This document shows, one piece after another, positions 22,022-31,561 of a DNA stretch of 64,000 nucleotides. The stretch spans positions 171,594 to 235,593 of IMG/VR virus record IMGVR_UViG_3300026518_000006; one strand, 5' to 3'. Made by a program: the position numbers and the translations under genes. The notes under the pieces are model-generated. The model was given only the letters and a program-made list of their open reading frames with translations, did not search any database and was not told where the DNA came from. How positions within the stretch are numbered: position 1 is the first letter of the stretch; each line of letters opens with the position of its first letter.

Positions 22022-23277
22022 ATAATTTCCTTTTTATATAATTTGTATAGCAGTATAATAAAAAATGTTTAAATTGGTCTTAAACAATTTATATAAATCT
22101 CTCAGGATTGTCTTTCGAGTTCCAAATATCTCTAAGGTGCCAAAATTCAAGTGCGCTTATATAAGGAGTGCCTGCACTTGTTTTCCCGTACATTATAAGC
22201 TCTGAAGTTTCTTTTAAGTCTTTAAATGGAACATCGAAATATACATCAGTTATTATACCCTCATCATAAATTAAAAACGGCATTTTCGGAACAAAAGCTT
22301 TAGGAATATACTCATCTGTTTCTACCCTAATACCACTCTGCCCTTCAATATTACCGTAGCTTTTATCTATAGCTATATATTTTTCTTCATCCAAAAGGTC
22401 GTTTAATGTCAAAAGCTGAGCCTTATACACTATTCCCTTTTCTTTTACTAATTTCATTAAAGTATTATAGGTGGTTATATCTTGTAAGACAGAACTACCG
22501 TCTAATAAATTAGTAATTGTCTCTAACATCCCACTAAATCCAAATCATCTTCTATTTTAGTCACATCGTTTCTACCATCAATAGTCCATATAGTATGTTC
22601 TTGTATTTTTAACAACAACTCTTTTAGTTCACTAATTTCATTGGCTTTGTTAATTTTGTTTTCCATTCAAAATCCTTTTGTTTTTTTTTTTTTAATTATA
22701 GTGCAAATAACTTTAAAAGTATATTATATGATGTATTCAGGATATTTTTCTTCAATTACCCTATTTGTAATGCCTCTTTGATTTAATTCTAAGTTGATTA
22801 CAGTCTTTTCTATGTCCCCAATTAATTTACTGTTTCTTCTTTTTAACAACTCTTCTATGGTCATATCACCAATTTTAGTTTCCTCGTTTGTAGTGGTATT
22901 AGTGACTGAAGCCTTAATCACACCTTCTGAAAGTTTATTTAAATCTAAGCCTAAATGGTCTCTATTAACGTTATGGTTCATATAAAATACTCCATATATT
23001 TTTCTTTTATTTCTTTTTCATTTAAACCCAATCTTTCTTTTAAGATGTTTAGTGTAGCTGTGTGTTTGATTGTTTTTGGTTTTGCTGTAGCAAAAGCTTT
23101 CAATATTTCGTGCACATCTTCACTATTAAAGCGATTAAATAACGCTCGTAATCTTTTATCATATTTATTGTTATATCCCAAAATTTTTTTCATAAGCCAT
23201 AATAACATAAAAATTATTATAAATAGATAAAGATTTTATAAATCTATAAATAAAATAAAACTCCTAAAGGAATATTA

Positions 23278-23925
23278 ATGCCAGCAAGATTTAAAGTAAG
23301 AAGAGGAAATACCCCACCACCTGTAGAAACAGCCACACAACAAGGACTAATTGATTATGAACTTGGTTATGATACTGCGTCTAATCAACTGTATATCAAT
23401 AATGCAGGAACTGTAATGACACTCGATTCTGCGGATTCCGACACTGTAGGTGGAATAGACCCTTCTTCGTTTGTTAGAAATGACGATGGAGACCAATATA
23501 TTGATGGGAACCTTACACTTAATGGTGAATTAATAGCTATTGCTCAGAAGGCTAGATATGCCGATATTGCTGAATATTATGAAACTGATAAGACTTATTC
23601 AGCAGGGGATGTTGTTATGGTTGGTGTTGAGAGCGAAGCCACTTTAGCCGATGGTTCAAGCCCTATTATGGGGGTATGTTCTACTAATCCCGCTTATCTT
23701 ATGAATATTGACATTGAAGCTGAACACTTTGCTCCTGTTGCCTTAAAGGGTCGTGTTCCTGTAAAAATAACAGGTTCAGCGGAAAGAGGGGATTATATTG
23801 TTGTAGATGTTGATAATATTGGAAAAGGAAAAGCTGTAAAAAGCCTTGATGGAATTGATAGAGAAAGATTGTATATAGGCGTATGTATTACAGCAGGAGA
23901 GGATGTTTGTGAAGTCAAGATTTAA
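23278..23925 (+). CDS. Short fibre/appendage protein with C-terminal Peptidase_G2-like intramolecular chaperone
   Basis: N-terminal FKVRRG...ELGYDT...LYI (Mtd_N-like); YADIAEYY...GDVV...GVCSTNPAYLMN...VALKGRVPVK; late promoters at 23218 and 23245. Confidence 0.7.
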   Translation: MPARFKVRRGNTPPPVETATQQGLIDYELGYDTASNQLYINNAGTVMTLDSADSDTVGGIDPSSFVRNDDGDQYIDGNLTLNGELIAIAQKARYADIAEYYETDKTYSAGDVVMVGVESEATLADGSSPIMGVCSTNPAYLMNIDIEAEHFAPVALKGRVPVKITGSAERGDYIVVDVDNIGKGKAVKSLDGIDRERLYIGVCITAGEDVCEVKI

Positions 23926-23936
23926 TTCTTGACTTC
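23911..23936. terminator. Hairpin between convergent genes
   Basis: GAAGTCAAGA-TTTAAT-TCTTGACTTC. Confidence 0.6.
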
Positions 23937-24429
23937 AAGCTTACCATACCTCTACCGTTATTTTTTTGGAGACGAGTTTGTTTCCGAATTTTTCTTTATA
24001 CAGACGATAGGCTATTGAACTACCATTCAGCCTCATAGCGACTTTGCTCACTCTGTCTGTATGAATAATTTCTGTTTTTGCACCAACAGTCTTTTGGAGG
24101 TTAAAGGCACTATCTCTCATATCACAAAAATATACATCCAAATCCACACCCTCTGTATCAACTATTTTCTCGTTTTGGTTTATTACAGGTTTTATTACAG
24201 GTTTTATTACAGGTTTCATCTCTTGTCCTTTATCTCTATTTTGAAGTTTTTGTTGTCAGGAGATAGCATAAGTCCGTAGGTACCATATAGAGATTGAGTG
24301 AGTTTATCTACTTCACACATCGCTTTGTGCTCTTTTCCATTTCTTTCAAAAGTTATATATGCCCTTTGAGACTTTATCTCATTGATGTTTCGTCTTTTCA
24401 TTTCAATCCTTTATCTCTTTTTATACCTG

Positions 24430-24517
24430 ATTATACAATAATCTTTAATAGAAGTCAAGTGTTTTGAGAGATTTTTGAGTAGTTTTGAAGATTTTATTTT
24501 TCAAAAAAGTAAAATAT
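24430..24517 (-). promoter_or_regulatory. Early cassette: palindrome plus sigma70 promoter
   Basis: Imperfect palindrome 24489-24517; promoter 24458-24430. Confidence 0.8.
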
Positions 24518-24610
24518 TTGAAAGAGGTTTAAAACAAGACAAATTAAGTCTTATTTAAGACAGTATTAATTTTTTATAAGTATAATGCGTAAAATTACAA
24601 AAGGAACACT

Positions 24611-25744
24611 ATGGCTTGTTCATTAGAGGGTGGGTGTGGTAGCTCATCAGAAAGTATTCATATAGATATCAATACTACTAGCATTTGTAATATTGCTTGT
24701 ACTTATTGTTCAGAGGGAAATGAGTGTGGTTTGAGTACTCTATATATGGGGAATACTGAGGTAAAAGTAGAAGACTTGATTAAAAAATTAGGCAAAGACC
24801 CCGCTAAACATAAGACTATAAATTTTTGGGGGGGAGAGCCTTTTGTAAATTTTGATTTCTGCAAAGCTATTATAGACGGTTTTAAAGATGACAAAACATT
24901 TAGTTTCTTTTTTTATACCAATGGGTTGTATATACCAAATTATATCGACCAATTAAAGCGATGGAATGAAGAATTCGGGAAAGAGTTAAACGCTGATGGA
25001 CAAAATAGATTGTATCTTCAAATAAGTTATGATGGGCGACACCTCACAAATACAGTGAGAGTGGATAAAGGCGGTCACGGCACTGCTGATAGAGTTGAAA
25101 AGGCATATAAATTACTAAAAGAAAACAATATAGGAACTTCATTAAAAGCAGTGATTAGCACCGATGGTTTTCCATATCTTTTTGAAAGCTTTAAAGATTT
25201 ATATGAGCTTCAAGGTTTTTATTCACCAACACCTGATTTATGGTCTGATAGAAGTGAAGAAGAGTTCAATACTGATTTAGAAATACTTGGAAAAGAGCTT
25301 GAGAAGATAGCAAAGTATATATACCAAAATGATTTGAGTCCTGAAGTATTTAGTTGGTTTGCTAAATCAAGAGCGATTTGTAGTACAGGTGCGGGTATGC
25401 TTAGTATAGACCTTGATGGTGGCATATACCCTTGTCACGCAGGTATGTATGGTGAAAGCGAAGAGCATAAAATAGGAGAGCTTGAAGATTGGGAACATAT
25501 TAGAGAAAATGTTATGGATGACTTTAAAAAAATTAATACCAATCTTCCATTGGAATGTCAAACTTGTGATGTAAATTATTGTATGAAGTGCCAAATATCA
25601 AACTACGCAAAATCTACAAAAGATACATACGAGGAAAGATTTACAGATTATCAAGCAAATTGGCAGGTTTGCAAAATATTTAAAATGAACGACAAATATA
25701 ATAAAACACTGAGATATGCAATGACACAAAAAGGATTGAGATGA
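24611..25744 (+). CDS. Radical SAM/SPASM enzyme 1
   Basis: CNIACTYC, FWGGEP, TNG, ISYDG; SPASM cysteines CSTG...YPCH...CQTC....CMKC. Confidence 0.93.
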   Translation: MACSLEGGCGSSSESIHIDINTTSICNIACTYCSEGNECGLSTLYMGNTEVKVEDLIKKLGKDPAKHKTINFWGGEPFVNFDFCKAIIDGFKDDKTFSFFFYTNGLYIPNYIDQLKRWNEEFGKELNADGQNRLYLQISYDGRHLTNTVRVDKGGHGTADRVEKAYKLLKENNIGTSLKAVISTDGFPYLFESFKDLYELQGFYSPTPDLWSDRSEEEFNTDLEILGKELEKIAKYIYQNDLSPEVFSWFAKSRAICSTGAGMLSIDLDGGIYPCHAGMYGESEEHKIGELEDWEHIRENVMDDFKKINTNLPLECQTCDVNYCMKCQISNYAKSTKDTYEERFTDYQANWQVCKIFKMNDKYNKTLRYAMTQKGLR

Positions 25745-26364
25745 GTGCCAAACTCACATCTCAAGAGCTCAAAGATAAAGCAAATAAAAACAATCCTGAT
25801 GTGCAAATCATAGGTAAATATATAAATTCCAAAACAAACATCTATGTTATTTGTAAATGTGGCAATACGACATCTGTTAGACCCAGTGAATTATATAAAT
25901 CTTGGCGATGTTTTGAGTGTGGTATAAAAGCAAGAAAATACATAAATGGAAATGGAGGATGGTCAACTAAAAGAAATAAAGAAGCTAAAAACAGAATAAT
26001 TCAAAAACACAAAGAATTATTATCCAAAAAATTGCCACATATTGAGTTGGTAGGAGATTATGAGGACAGTAAAACAAAGACAAATTATATCTGTTTTAAG
26101 GTTGGATTAACTCTTTATAAGTATAATGATGTTACGAAATGTATAAAAAATCGCTTTAGAAAAGAGAATAATAATATACTTCTGTTAGGATATATTATAT
26201 TCAAAAATGGAGCGGAAGGTTATGAGTTGGAGCAAAGAATCTTAAATTCTCATCAAAAATATAACTCGGATATTTTGCAATTTGGTGGTAATTCCGAACT
26301 GTTATCTGAGAATATTATTGCTCTCGATAAATACAAATTCATAAAAACAAAGGAAATTATATGA
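25741..26364 (+). mobile_element. Homing-endonuclease-like gene (zinc-ribbon repeats plus GIY-YIG/T5orf172-like C-terminus), apparently internally truncated
   Basis: YINSKT....CKCG...CFECG repeat; a second repeat runs straight into FKVGLT...RF...ELEQ...GNSEL and lacks the YLY segment seen in 34201-34911. Confidence 0.6.
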
Positions 26365-27660
26365 AAACAAACACAACAAACACAACAAACACACAAAAAT
26401 ATACTGAGCTTCAAGACAATAATATAAAAATGAAGTACAATATGAAAACAAACACAACAAACACAACAACCAAAATTAATACCAAAAAACCAACACAAAA
26501 AAGTAAAGGTAATGGATTTAAAACATTTACACTTGAAGTACAAACAACACAAAAATGCAATTTGGGCTGTCCTCGGCTTTGCCGATAAGTTAATTTTTTA
26601 GTATTTAGAGTAAATACCTTATTGCTATGTAGCAAATAGAGACCTTTTTCTTACACCTGAAGTATTTGATAAAAGTTTCGAAAGAATTATTGATTTAATG
26701 CAGAGAAGTGGCACTACCAATTTGAATATTAGTTTTTTTGGTGGCGAGCCTTTATTAAATTTTGAAGTTATCAAGCATATTACTAAAAGAGTTGAAGCAC
26801 TCCCTATTAGAACAGACTTAGTTTTAATTTCAAATATGACTATGATTACAGAAGAAATTTCAGACTTTTTGTTTGAGCATAATATTGGTGTGTCTTGGTC
26901 TTTCGATGGTATGGGGTCTAATGAAACAAGACCACTTTTGCCTATTTTTGAAAACAAGAATAAAGACGGAAAATTATACAATGGAATTTTAGACCTCTAT
27001 GAAGACAAAAAAGACCTTATTTTAAAGCACACCAACGGCTGTAAAATTATGATTTGGGCAGGAAATATGCACCAAATGAGCGAAAATTTAGACTTCTTTG
27101 TTGATTGGGGTTTAACAGGGCTTGATTACTCATTAGTAAGAGATGATGTGTGGACTAAAGATGATTTGATAGCATTTAGAGGACATCTAAGAGACTTAGC
27201 CGATAAGTATATTCAGTACACAAAAAAAGGTGTCCCTTTACATATAGGTTTTTTTGATTTAGCTATTGGTGATAATGTTATTAACTTTACATTTGGCAAA
27301 AGAGATTTCGGGTGTTTTGCAGGTGTAAATGGTGCAAATATGACACCAACAGGAGAGTTCTACCCTTGTGCTAGATTTGCTACAAAATCACTTATGAAAA
27401 TTGATGATGAGTATGATTTTAATTATTGGGCTGAACAATTTAGACCTGCCAATTATGATAAATGCAAGACTTGTGATATTCAACAAGTTTGTAACGCAGG
27501 ATGTACCTTTAGTCAAGTTAGAAATGACAATAAACCTGTGGATAGTGTTTGTGAGTTGTATCATATGATACAAGAAGAAACGATTAGAATAGTACACGAA
27601 TTAAAAGACAACGAGTTGTTTCAAGAACAGGTTATGTCATTATTTAACAATATGGGGTGA
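26361..27660 (+). CDS. Radical SAM/SPASM enzyme 2, interrupted by a 46-nt coding gap (join 26361..26573, 26620..27660; about 417 aa)
   Basis: CNLGCP ends at 26573 and YCYVANRD resumes at 26620, in frame with the 26698..27660 ORF (FFGGEP, SFDG, CFAG...YPCARF, CKTC....CNAGC); joining restores CNLGCPYC. Confidence 0.88.
26574..26619 (+). other. Candidate programmed translational bypass (hop) element
   Basis: CCT take-off (26571-73) and CCT landing (26617-19); hairpin TCGGC-TTT-GCCGA then TAA; hairpin GTATTTA-GAG-TAAATAC; GAG 6 nt before the landing codon. Confidence 0.7.
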
Positions 27661-28046
27661 TTATGGTGGGTTATATTTTAGAGTTTATATTTGAGTTATT
27701 GATTGGAATAATTACTATTGTAACAGCGTTGGTTATTATTATATTTGGGTTTGTATTTTTGTCTGTGGCAAATCTATTTGATAAATTATCTGATAAATTA
27801 TCTGATAAATTCTTTAGTAAAATAGAAACAAAAAAGGATAAAAATTGAGTTGTGAAACTGAACACAAAAACATAGATATAAATGATTTAGAAACAATGTT
27901 ACAAGAAGCCCGTAAAGGCAGAGCCAAAATAGACAAACAATATGTAGATTTTGATGAAAAAGGTCATTTGTTTGAATACAATATAGACTTTAATCAGTTT
28001 TTAGATGATATTAATTATATATTTAAAAAACACAAAGAGCGAAGTA

Positions 28047-28877
28047 GTGGACAAAAGAAATAATATCAGCACTCAAAATACCAACCTTGTGTATTTTACC
28101 ACAGCCTGCAATCTAGGGTGCACATATTGTTTCGAACAACTTGACAATATAAAACCAAAGCACATTCCAATACAAGAGTTGTATAAGATTGCAGACCGAG
28201 TTATAGAAGCTGAAGACCCCAACCTACAAACTCATTTTGTATTATATGGTGGAGAAGCAACACTTCGTTGGAAAGAAGCTGAACTCTTTATGGAATATGC
28301 ACACTCAAAAAAGAACAATGTCACATTTAACCTAATCACAAATGGAATATTGTTTTTAGATGATGAGTTTTTTAAGAATTTCTTTAGTAATAAATATTAT
28401 AATAATGGTATGCTCAGTATTGATATCTCATTTGATGGAGATAAGGGTAATGTTGAGCGTGTGTATAAAGATGGTGGAAGTAGTACTGAAGATGTTATTA
28501 TGGTTTTCAGTAAACTTAAAGTTTATAATCTTCGTTGGAGATTACGATACACAATTCACAAAAAAAACATAGATACTTTTGTTTATGATATTAAGAAATT
28601 GATTAAACATTTCAAACCCGAAAGAGTAATAAAAAATGTAGTATATCACGAACTTGATGAAAACGACCTATCTATGTTGGAGAAAGGCTTTGAGGAACTA
28701 AAGAAGAATTGGGATAACAAAAAAGACACTCCTATTTGTGATTTAGTTTGCGATACTTGTGATGGGTGTTCTATGACATTTGAAAACTATGCTAACCATA
28801 CTCCTGTAGGCACAAGCGTACATCCCAAGCAACAAGCTAAAATATATGATACTCTTGATAAACTAAAATATAAATAA
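28047..28877 (+). CDS. Radical SAM enzyme 3
   Basis: CNLGCTYC, YGGEA, TNG, ISFDG; C-terminal CDLVCDTCDGC; probable GTG start at 28047. Confidence 0.9.
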   Translation: MDKRNNISTQNTNLVYFTTACNLGCTYCFEQLDNIKPKHIPIQELYKIADRVIEAEDPNLQTHFVLYGGEATLRWKEAELFMEYAHSKKNNVTFNLITNGILFLDDEFFKNFFSNKYYNNGMLSIDISFDGDKGNVERVYKDGGSSTEDVIMVFSKLKVYNLRWRLRYTIHKKNIDTFVYDIKKLIKHFKPERVIKNVVYHELDENDLSMLEKGFEELKKNWDNKKDTPICDLVCDTCDGCSMTFENYANHTPVGTSVHPKQQAKIYDTLDKLKYK

Positions 28878-29270
28878 GAAAAGGAAATTTAATGAGCAAA
28901 AATACAACCAGTACTGAAACTACAAATAATAACGAAGTAGCACCTCCATTTGTTGAAGCAACTGAAGAAATTATTGAAATTTCAAAGGTATATGAAGCAT
29001 ATGGGGTTAGAGAGTTATTTCTTGACATCTTGGGGGTTTTTCTTGAGGTGACAAGAAACCTTGGAGCAGAAGCAAAAGGTATAAGTAGAACTGAAGTTAA
29101 AATGAAAATTTTTGAAAAGATGTTTGACATAAATATTGAAGAAGAAATTGAGAAAAAGGTTCAAGAGTATATTCAAAACAATACCTCAGACGCTGATACC
29201 GCAGATGTAGACGCTGAATTATTGGAAAGTATTCGCTCTAATTTCAATGAATATTTAAAGGATTAGAATT

Positions 29271-29783
29271 ATGAGTGATTGGCTAAAAAATCCATACGGA
29301 ACCCCAGGAGGAGACGAAAAAACTTATTCTTCTGAAGAATTAGCTCAAATGGGGGTAAATATAGGTGAGTTAATCACCAATGAAAAATTCAATTATTTAT
29401 CAGGGAAAGTTAAAAACGAATCTGCAAGAAGAGGTGTGGGGGTACCTGATTATGAGCGAAATGACGGTGAACTTATCACCGCTGTGGATTACAATGTGAT
29501 AATTGACAGAATTAATAATGTGTTGGATATTCCGAGAAACCCTGATGGAGCAGATTTACCACATTTGTCAAATGTTGCTATTGGAGATTTAATAACCGCT
29601 TTAATTCACAATAATATAAAAAACAAGCTTGTTGATGCAGGAAATCAATGTATGTGTAACTGTAATTACTGTGCTTGTAACTGTAATCAGTGCATCTGTA
29701 ACTGTAATCACGCTTGTGTGTGTAACTGTAATTATTCTGATGAACGACTTAAAACAAATATCGTTTATATAGGTGTTTTTTAA
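29271..29783 (+). CDS. Cys-rich protein ending in the first motif of a Peptidase_S74 chaperone domain; candidate radical SAM substrate
   Basis: Three G(E/D)LIT....N repeats, then CMCNCNYCACNCNQCICNCNHACVCNCNY (12 Cys) and SDERLKTNI. Confidence 0.75.
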   Translation: MSDWLKNPYGTPGGDEKTYSSEELAQMGVNIGELITNEKFNYLSGKVKNESARRGVGVPDYERNDGELITAVDYNVIIDRINNVLDIPRNPDGADLPHLSNVAIGDLITALIHNNIKNKLVDAGNQCMCNCNYCACNCNQCICNCNHACVCNCNYSDERLKTNIVYIGVF

Positions 29784-30082
29784 TGTTTGGTTGGAATTTT
29801 ATAAAGGCATTAAAGCCCGCCAAATATGAGTACTCAAGTGTGGATGATAATCTTGAAATATCGAAAGATGGTAGAACTCATTTTGGAGTTATGGCGCAAG
29901 ATATTGAAGAATACCTGAAAAGTGTTTCTGATGAAGATTTCGCTATAATAGAAAAAGACGAAAACGGGTATATGATGGTAAATTATACCGAGCTGATTGC
30001 CCCTATGATAGCCACTATCCAACAACTTCAAGAAAGAGTGGAAGAACTAGAAATCCAAGTTTCTAACCACTCTTCAAAATAA
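29783..30082 (+). CDS. Remainder of the Peptidase_S74 / intramolecular chaperone domain
   Basis: FIKALKP..YEY, HFGVMAQDIE, VNYTELIAPMIATIQQLQERVEELE; TAATG overlap with the upstream gene and AGGTG SD. Confidence 0.85.
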   Translation: MFGWNFIKALKPAKYEYSSVDDNLEISKDGRTHFGVMAQDIEEYLKSVSDEDFAIIEKDENGYMMVNYTELIAPMIATIQQLQERVEELEIQVSNHSSK

Positions 30083-30087
30083 TCACC

Positions 30088-30140
30088 AACCTCTTTTAAA
30101 GATTTTACTTTTTTAAAAAGTAAAATATTTCAAAGAGGTT
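30088..30140. repeat. Extended palindrome copy after the S74 gene
   Basis: AACCTCTTT...AGATTTTACTTTT-TTA-AAAAGTAAAATAT...AAAGAGGTT. Confidence 0.85.
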
Positions 30141-30757
30141 GTTTCTTCAAAAAAATTTAAGCCTATTTTTATATAATAATTCAATTTAACATAAGGTATT
30201 ATAATGCTATTCGAGATAAAACGAAACGACAACAAAATTTATATTTTAGGTAAAGCTACTTCAAAAAATGAAAGTTCCCTTGAGTTTGATGATAGTTTAG
30301 AGGCTGTAGTAAATGAAAATAGAGAGAAAAATAAGATAGTATATTATGACACTAATCTTGACAAAATTAAAATTGAAGACTCAAAGTATAGAGATATTCC
30401 GGTGACAGACTTTAATCGAGTAAAAGCCCTTAAAAAGGCTAGATTGGATTTAGAAAGTATCGTAAAAGATGTGGATATGATTGACTACATCAGATATATT
30501 GATTGCAATAACGAGCTTAATTCAAAAGGTTATTTTGTGACCGATGAAAATCGTGAGGAGGTTTATCTTGATATTTTAGAAAAAGGTGACGAAAAAGTGA
30601 TTGATATCCTTGAAGAATTTCTGATTACTAAAGATAAACTTACAATTATAAAATCAGCCAAGAAAAGATATGATGAGCTTGAAGAGGAAATTAAAGCGTC
30701 AAGTGAAGAAAATTTGGACACAAAAAAATTAAGTGAATTGTTGAATATAGAGTTCTA

Positions 30758-31561
30758 ATGGAACATATAGGAGTATTCTACGATTTAATACCACACAAAA
30801 AAATAAACGGAAGTCTATTTTACGCTTTTGAATATTTTGTATTTTTAAATAAGTTTAAAAAAACTGTATTTTATATTTCTAATATTAGAGATGAGTATAT
30901 TGGTGAATTAAAAGAGGTATTTAAAAATAGATATAATTTCAATAATCATCTACTTGATAGAATAATTGCGATAAAAACTATAAAGCAATATACACTGATA
31001 AACAAAAATATCAAAAAGGCTTTGTTTGTAGATGTCCGTAGTTACGAAAACATCCACGCTTTTTTAAATTGTCCACTAGTGATATACTCAAATGAGGCGC
31101 ACGAAATAACCACCAAAAAACCACACAAAGTATTTGGGTACTATGACTATCAAAATTTCCAAATCAAAGAAAAACTAAAGTTTAATTTTGAGATATATAA
31201 GCCCATATCGAACAAGAAAACAAACACTGCACTTGTAACAAGAGTATTGGGAGCTGAAAATGTTATTCATAAAATAGACATAAAAGAAAACAATATAATA
31301 TATAAACCTAAAGAACACGCTATAGAAAGTGTTTTTGAAAAATTTGACACACTGTATTATTATCACAGCTTCTTGGACACAAATAATCGCCTTATAGTTG
31401 AAAGTTTATATTACAACAAGAATGTTGAAATTATATATACAGGACTCAAAAAAGATAGTGTTTATTATCGTTATAATGATATTATGAATAACGGGGTAGA
31501 CGGGTATCGTCTGACAAAAGATGATTTAATAATTCAGGAAATGCTAAGTGAAAATAGTTAA
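30758..31561 (+). CDS. Putative glycosyltransferase-like protein (paralog A)
   Basis: Shares G..F...EY and F..FDT..Y...R.I.E..YY.K.V motifs with the next gene; resembles the GT-B C-terminal domain. Confidence 0.4.
   Translation: MEHIGVFYDLIPHKKINGSLFYAFEYFVFLNKFKKTVFYISNIRDEYIGELKEVFKNRYNFNNHLLDRIIAIKTIKQYTLINKNIKKALFVDVRSYENIHAFLNCPLVIYSNEAHEITTKKPHKVFGYYDYQNFQIKEKLKFNFEIYKPISNKKTNTALVTRVLGAENVIHKIDIKENNIIYKPKEHAIESVFEKFDTLYYYHSFLDTNNRLIVESLYYNKNVEIIYTGLKKDSVYYRYNDIMNNGVDGYRLTKDDLIIQEMLSENS

Noticed and set aside
24179-24216. 12-bp tandem repeat (KPVI x3); similar DKLS repeat at about 27780
   Set aside because: Short slippage duplications in hypothetical proteins with no further structure.
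26574-26619. Self-splicing group I/II intron or intein
   Set aside because: 46 nt is far too short for a catalytic intron core, and the gap is out of frame with stops, so it is not an intein. A trans-assisted splice remains formally testable by RT-PCR.
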